64,000 nucleotides of DNA, from NCBI GenBank assembly GCA_963693365.1, contig CAVNZM010000003.1, forward strand, positions 7,931,312-7,995,311. Reading direction: 5' to 3'. Below the pieces are notes generated by a model, which was not told where the DNA came from, did no database searches, and worked only from the letters and a program-made list of their open reading frames with translations. The DNA comes from Amoebidium appalachense. Its lineage: Eukaryota > Protista > Ichthyosporea. Position numbers and translations under genes: made by a program. Below, piece by piece: positions 22,180 through 64,000 of this stretch. The first letter of the stretch is position 1, and each line of letters starts with the position of its first letter.

Positions 22180-23676
22180 TTTCTCTACTTTCTGTATACG
22201 TTTTTCAGGGTGAACGATACACAAGTTGTGGAAAAAGGGACCGGTGGTGGTTTAGAAACGAAGGGGAGACAACGTGTGTACCGTAAGAGCCGCTGCTGTG
22301 TGTGATGTTTTTGTTTTCGAGCCGTGTGCATACCAGGCATGCCTTACAATATGAGGTGGGTAAACCGGATAAATTACTGTTCCTCATTGTGCGGGGAGCA
22401 TTTTTGGTTGATATGACAATATAGTAACATACATGTGCAAAAACTTTGACACATCGACTGTTGCCAGAGTTATACTTGGTTTTTTTTTAAAACAACCTTG
22501 CTAATCAATTAACCCTGCGACGTGTTTTTTCGCCGCCTCGCTATCCCAAATTCAGTATGAAAGATTTGCCACCCTCCATAGAGTCCAATAAAAATCAGCA
22601 TGATGCATTCCGCAGCCTGGTTCATGATAGCCCAGCCGCCCCCGCCCGGCACCCTCAACCCCGTACATTAGGAACAACATTATCCTAATAGCTGGAGGAA
22701 GCGTAGCAGAAAAACATTCTTTCACATCAACAGGTTATATGAGGCTTTATGTTTTCTTACTGGACAAATTTTGAATCAGAGTTTTTTTGTGGTGTTTTCT
22801 GTCAATTCTTTGAATACATGATGGTGCAATGGGCCTCCCGGAATATGTGGGTCCCCCAAGAGCTGCCCTGGAGTAAGAACCCAAATTCCAAGGTATGGAA
22901 ATGGGTACCTCTTGATGTATCAAACTGTGATGTCACGGTGTAGCTTAATTAAAGGCTTTAGGTTAAGAAGCTATTTTGGTACACGTAATTTATGGCTTAC
23001 AGAACAAGCTTCGGTATACTATTACAATCTCTGCATCGGGCCTTTTCTGAAATGTCGGATGCCAGCTCTTGCGCTGCCCGGCGCCGGCGCCGGCGCCGGC
23101 CCTGCGGATATATATATATGCAGATGATCCTTGCGGGCGGCGCCTCATGACGTGCAACTGCCTGTGGTGCACACGGCCACACGGCCTGGCCCTTCCACTT
23201 TCAAACAAAAAAATTACCGAATATTTGTCTGATAGCTACATGTAGTATGCACAGCATACTTCATGTACATAACAAAAACAGCCACCACATTTATGACTGA
23301 CGGTCGACCACACATTGTACAAACATCGCAGATAACAATTTGGTCCCAAACAATAAACACCCCACACACAAGTGTTTATGGGGACTCTCCAAGGGTAATG
23401 TAGACCAATAGGAATCTGCCTTACTTGTCTGTGGTATGAAGAATTTACTGGACTGGCTCAACCAGCACCCATTAGGTATGATAATAAACGAATCGAAAGA
23501 CTTTTAAGAATGTATTTGCAAATCATATTCGTGTGTACATAACCAAAACCAGCTATTCAGTCAGTACTACTGTAGAACCCGACGTCGACTGCTTTTCAAA
23601 GTGTGTCACATGCTCGGACAAGCGAGTCGAAGGCTTCTGATAAAATCACTGGTTAGTACTCTGAATGCCTTAGTAA

Positions 23677-23726
23677 TTATTTCGTTGACAATAACCCATA
23701 CCTTATTTCGTTGACAATAACCCATA
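23677..23726. repeat. Direct duplication of TTATTTCGTTGACAATAACCCATA (24 bp x2, 2-bp spacer)
   Basis: Exact copies at 23677-23700 and 23703-23726, between divergent genes B and C. Confidence 0.9.
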
Positions 23727-24053
23727 ACTTAAAGTGAAAGACCCCGTCGGGTGATTCGACGTGCACTTCTTTGGGTAGCACTGCATCTGAATAGCACTGC
23801 CATGTTCCTTGGGCAGCCAACTGAGCAACAGAGATAGAACCACCTTGCTTTCAAACTCACTCAATGAACATAAACCCACTCTACTCTAACCACAGTTTGA
23901 TCGTGAGCAAAAACTCTCCGAAATCAAGTGCCATACAAACCTTTTAATGCGCTGCATCGGCCTTGTGGAAGGGCAAAGGCGGTCGTTCAATGCCCGGCAT
24001 CACTTCTCTTAATGCCCTAGAACAAGCACACACAGTCTAAGTCAACCATCAAC

Positions 24054-25391
24054 ATGGGGTTGAAATGGTTAACCGTCATTGCTGCGCTATATCTCTCTAC
24101 ATTTTCCACTTTGGCCGTTCCAACAGTGACAAGTACCTCGTCAGCTGATGCAACCTCCCAACCACCACCGGTACGTGAACATGGCGCATTAATTCATGAT
24201 CATAGTCAACACACTCGATGCCTCATGTGCGTTTGGCTATGTGTGCTTTTACCACCCTACCCTATTGCCGTATGTGCCATCATGCTTAAATCAAATATAT
24301 TGGGCAAGCTCGCAGGTTTCACTCGAAAACTATAGCATCTTCCATGCAACGTGTGGACTTTAGATCAAGTATTTCGTGGCACCACCCATCACGCTTTGCA
24401 GTCAAACGTGTTTAGGCTACAATGAGCAGCAAACCCTTTTGTGATAGATAGGCCACATGCACGAATGTGTGCCTGGAAGGTCTCTCATTTTCCCACATCT
24501 TTTAGATCCTCTTAAGAATATTGTGCAGAAATAAGATAGTGTTGCATGGCCGTGAAGCCACGAAGCCTTGCCCCCCCCCCCCCCCCCCCCCCCCCCTCTC
24601 CCCCCCTCCCCCCCCCCCCCCCCCCCCCAAACCCTACCCCACCCACCCACCCACTTCGCCCCCCCGCCCCCGCAGCCCTCTCTCATCACCAGCACCACCA
24701 CGTCCTCCTAACTCCTCTCTCCAGACCCCTCCTCCTCCTCCCCTCCTTCCCCACACCAATCCTCTCTTCAAGTTTCTAAAAGGAGGGCCATACCTGATCT
24801 GTTTTGTGACGTTAATGTGGCCCATGGATCAACTGTTTCCTGGTTCGATTCCGACTGCTTTACCCACTCTTTTCCATGCCTCTCTCCCACCACGTATTCT
24901 AATGCATATACCCATCAACCTCACAGGCGATAAACAAGAGTGAGGTTATGGCCGAGATAGAAAAAACAACCGCCGACCTGCAGGAACTACAGGGGGAATC
25001 CACCACGATGGCAGAAGAAATAAACCGGGAAACAGCAAAGTCACGGCAGTCGGAAGAGCAAGCGGCAAGTGAAGTTAACGAGTTGATCAAGGGAACGAGG
25101 GAGAAATATTCGAGGTTGGAGGAGGAGTTAAAGCAAGCGATCCAACAGATTTATGACAAAGCGGAGAAGGATGTCGCTACCTTAAAGCAGGCGTTTGAGC
25201 GACATCGCGCGGCGGATTTTGAAAAAGTTGTTAAAGCGAAAGAAAGCTATGAGGGGCAGAGAAAAGTGGAGGAAGAGAAAAGGAAAATGTTGATGGAGCA
25301 AGCAGAGAGGAGTGTGGAGGAGCTTAAAGGCGCACAGGCAAAGCTGGTCGAAAAGGCTCTGGCGTTAAAGCAAGCGGCAGGCGTACCATAA
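24054..25391 (+). CDS. Secreted Glu/Lys-rich coiled-coil protein C, unknown function (~193 aa; exons 24054-24170, 24927-25391)
   Basis: Signal peptide MGLKWLTVIAALYLSTFSTLA, S/T/P linker, phase-0 intron (gtacgt...cacag) in frame with the 24948..25391 coiled-coil ORF. Confidence 0.8.
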
Positions 25392-25642
25392 ATAGCCTTT
25401 TTTTCTTCTCTGTATTTTTTCGGTAACAATTTCTGTAGGTTTTGAGGTTTCTCCTTGGGCACTTTTGTGCTCCCATATCTCCCCCCCCCCCTCCCCCCCC
25501 CCCCCCCCCCCCTCCTCCCCTTCTCTCTCCCTTTTTTTGGTTGCTTTTAGTTTTGTTTGGTTCACACGTGTAAGAAGGCCCATGTGTGACTTAACGTCAA
25601 ATCTTTTCCCTCCACCTTTTCGATGTTTTTTCAAAACATGTG

Positions 25643-25723
<81 letters not shown>

Positions 25724-25987
25724 TGTATATTGTATCCTCTAATCCTCTAGTCGGGTCTAAATCCTCACAGCCCCGCAAGATACTATTTGATTGCGCTTCC
25801 AAATTTAGCAGGCAGACACAAACAAGCCAATGATGAATGTCCATGTGCCATATCCAAAAAAGGAAAGCCAAGAATGCTGTATTTTTAGACAGTTGCAATA
25901 AAGTGAAACATCCGATCCCCACAGCTCGTGCTGTCAGATGTTACCGTACTTCCCAAAATACCGATGTGCATGTGTCTGCCGGAAGAT

Positions 25988-26041
<54 letters not shown>

Positions 26042-26542
26042 AGAATAAAGGGTTAAGTTCGGTCTTCTGACGGTTGTGGCCGCTCGCATATCATTCAATA
26101 AAATGTCTTATTGGTGCCATTTCGTATTGGTACACTGCCCACCCTGCGTGATGGCATAGAGAAGGGTAAAATGTCCCCTGCACCGCATATCAAATAACTT
26201 ATATATACACAAACCCTTGAGAGTGTGTGTGTGTGTGTGTGCGTGTGTGTGTAGGGGGGGAAGGGGGGGACAGAGAGGGATAAGCTAATCAAGATGTGGA
26301 CAAGAGACTATTCAACTAGTTTTTTTTTCCACGTCTTTTCCTTCGATCCTCATCCCTTACGGTGAGCGAGATACTCGAGTCAGGGAACTGGACGGTTGAA
26401 GCATCATCAAGATATTAAATTATTTAGAACCCTCGGTGAGTCCGTGCCCAGCTAGTGGCACAGTCTTGCAGAGGAAAGAGAAACTAAGTGATTGAAAGAG
26501 AGAGAGGGGGGGGGGATGGGGGAGAGCTATGAGGGTGTGTGT

Positions 26543-26573
<31 letters not shown>

Positions 26574-26783
26574 GGGGGGGGGGTTGTCATCCTTTTCTCT
26601 CAGAGCTCTCTCTCTCTCCCCCGAGGCTCTCTCTCTCTCTCTCTCTCTCTCTCTGGATATCGATCTCTCTAGATCATACACACACACACACACTCTCTCT
26701 CTCTCTCAGGCTCTCTCTCTCCCCTTCCCCCCTTCTCCCCCTCTCTCGCTCAGATCCCCGCGGGGCTCCATCGCCCCTCCCCT

Positions 26784-26818
<35 letters not shown>

Positions 26819-27490
26819 TTTTGATTAACTTAGTACTATATTAGTGGAATTGCAGCACCCCTAGTATACGTCCATGCATCTCATTAATCCACCCCCCTTT
26901 GCACACTGAGTGTAGAACAAAAACGGGTTACAGAGAAGGCTGCTCTTAGTGGGGGCTAAGGGGTACTGGCCTCGCCCCCCTCCCCCTTCCTCCCCCCGGC
27001 CCCCCCCCCCCCCCCACCACCACCACCACCACGATGTGCTCAGCACGTGTGGTTTCAATTTACGATTCACTTTCACACCTTGTTCTTCGCATAGTTTTTG
27101 CTTTTCGATTTTATTGGGTTGTGCCGTTCATTTTGCGTGCATGTGTACAGTCATGCATACAAAGTGGCGGTAATTTTAAGACTTAGTCCCAATTACATAT
27201 GTAAGTTTTGAAGGTACATCCTTATCTCTCGTGTATTGCAATTGCAAATGTCACATACAACGATAATACATATATATCAACAGAGAATTCAATTAACACA
27301 TATTTATTTGCATATAATAATGGTGACGGATGCATACATACAATGTCTCGCCGTAAGACACTTAGGAAGATCAGGTGTTTGATGTTTACATGTTACATAC
27401 CACTCACTAAAACCCACATACCAATCATTCCATACAAGTTAAAACCAAATCCCATTATACAAGCACCAAACAACTAACTGAATAACATAT

Positions 27491-38323
<10,833 letters not shown>

Positions 38324-40275
38324 CCTGCCGAGACACAACAGCAAGGATGTACGTGTAAGCCGATGGAGGTAAAACGCGTGGGCTGAGTGCAAGACAGGTA
38401 ATTTCGGGCAATGCCTCGAGTGGCCGGATTACACTATTGTCCAAAAGTGGAAACTAGAGGTGGGCCCTTTGAGAAAGCGGTATGTTAGACAGAATGTTAG
38501 ACCATGCAGTGCTGTAAGGTTTTGATAATCTGAAAGTCACTCGTGTACGAAGAGTGTGTGAAGTTGGTGGAGTAAGTGGCTCGTCCGTGCAGCATGAATA
38601 ACAGGACAGGCGTGTGACGGGCTATAGGGAGAGCCTGTGTGCGTGTAGCGTCGCGTCAACACGTACGGGCACTATGTACGTGTCAAGTACTTGTGCATAT
38701 ATACATGGAATTGTTAGTGTACACGTGTGTATGTGTTATGTACGTGTCACGTATTTTTCTTGGCACATGTGCATGGAACTTGTGTGTGTGGCTGCTCCGC
38801 ATGCGCCTGCGGCCACTGTTGACGGTCAGGGTGCGCCTGCACGTGCACGGACGGAATCTAAGATTTATCCCCACACACTCCGTGCTTTTTTTAACATCGA
38901 GCTTTTGGGTAGGTTATCTTGTCTTTATCACATTAAAGTTGTATCATTGCCCAGGTTATCCAAAATATACAGTATCTCAACGCTAATTAATGTGTTTATC
39001 GCAAGACTCGCCCGGGAGTCTGAGCGGTCACATGTACACGTCCCGCAGTTCGGCTTGGAAACCTAAATGGAATATTTTTCAAGGCCTTCTCGCAGTATAA
39101 AGAGGCCGCTTCAACCGAAAGTTTCCAATATAATACTTATAAAATTACTTTTCATGCGGCTCAATGGAATTTATGGGAAAATTCTGTCGTGGCTTTCAAT
39201 CCTGCAGCCAGCAGCTGTGGCAGCAGCGGCGGGTGCCATGTCCGACTGAGAATATTTATGGTCTTGGAATGTGGAAAATCCCAAAACAATCGCATTCTAT
39301 TGGTGTTACTATCACGCATTAGAACTACCGCATTCTTTAATTTGTTGAGCTCCAAGGAGCTTATTCCTTCCCCCAAAACGGCTAACTGCTTCATTAATAC
39401 TTGGGGGAAAAAAAGAAAAAAAAAACAATTACATAATAACAAGATGAATATTATCATGTATCATCAAGCAGCTGTGTTATTATTTCCAAAGGATGACATT
39501 TTCTTCTCCACATTATCATTACGATTAACAGATGTACAAAACAGGAGGCGGCAATTCATTGCGGCAGATTAGTAGGTGATTGGTTCAAACCATGAGCCTC
39601 TCAAACGTGTTGCGAAACAGGGGCCCGACTACTTGATACACACACACCCTGTTGGTGGGTACCGGTGTACCGTGTTTGGTAGCTAACCTTTTCTTTAGTA
39701 GTACATATATTGGGAGTAATAGTTCAACGGTTATGATATTAATATTATGGTTATAATTGTTTATCCATTCATGTTTTAGGGGAGTTTCGGCTACGCTCTT
39801 GCAGCATATATGCCTACCAAGTAATTTTACACGGGAAATTTTCAGTTCCACTAACAGGTATCAAACATCAGCTTCGGGTAGGTAACTTGACAGATTACTT
39901 CGCAGGTGACAACAGCCTCGAGAGACCACACAAGCCAAAACCCGAGGTACGTATATAGTCATTTTTCCTAGTAGCTGAAAGCCCTTGAAAGACACACGAG
40001 TTTTTTTTTTAGTGCTTGTCTTATTCTCTGGCAGTAAACGGAGTTCAGGTATTTAAGATATTGCTGTATTCACGATTTTGCGAGACTCGCTTAAAACACA
40101 GAAGCATACACCAGCACCCACTTATCTCACCACTCAAATGAACGTTTTATGAAAAGGCAGGTAACACATATGTCTGCTTACCCATTCATTTGCAGGCATT
40201 GATGTTTACGTTCATCAACTGCGGGTGTCTTTAGCACGAAGCACAGGCCCCCAGGCCGAGGGGCCGCGAGAAAAC

Positions 40276-64000
<23,725 letters not shown>

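Noticed and set aside
22682-22693. TCCTAATAGCTG match to the copia LTR edge at 3272-3283
   Set aside because: Only 12 nt with no extended similarity; may be chance.
16788-25391. Tripartite ClyA/Hbl/Nhe-type pore-forming toxin
   Set aside because: The proteins are shorter than such subunits and lack the hydrophobic hairpin or TM segments. They are kept only as unknown secreted helical proteins.
39161-39572. Possible small gene or exon between IPT and PLD
   Set aside because: No recognisable motif, no consistent start or splice partner, and neighbouring frames contain stops.

Overview
Eukaryotic genomic DNA rich in (CA)n/(GT)n, (GA)n and poly-G/C tracts. It comes from an intron-rich protist-like genome, plausibly a unicellular holozoan such as an ichthyosporean, though this cannot be established from sequence alone. 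The first ~15 kb is a retroelement cluster. A degenerate Ty1/copia element breaks off in its integrase and joins a DIRS/Ngaro-type gag. A young, full-length chromodomain-bearing Ty3/gypsy element (5600-14690, minus) sits in a (GT)n tract, and its 3' LTR carries an inverted solo LTR of the same family (TSD CAGGC). At 16.8-25.4 kb there is a cluster of three unrecognised secreted coiled-coil/amphipathic-helix genes with a shared exon design. At 27.5-38.3 kb (minus) is a 12-exon tRNA dimethylallyltransferase of the miaA/plant-IPT9 type. From 40.3 kb to the end (plus) is a many-exon phospholipase D with a C2-C2-PH-like-HKD-HKD architecture, truncated by the window. Many introns have G/GT-rich 5' halves, C/CA-rich 3' halves and (CA)n-AG acceptors, and they carry short dispersed repeats that end in poly(C) and lie in the host gene's sense. 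Most short ORFs in the supplied track are microsatellite artefacts. All exon models were assembled by eye.
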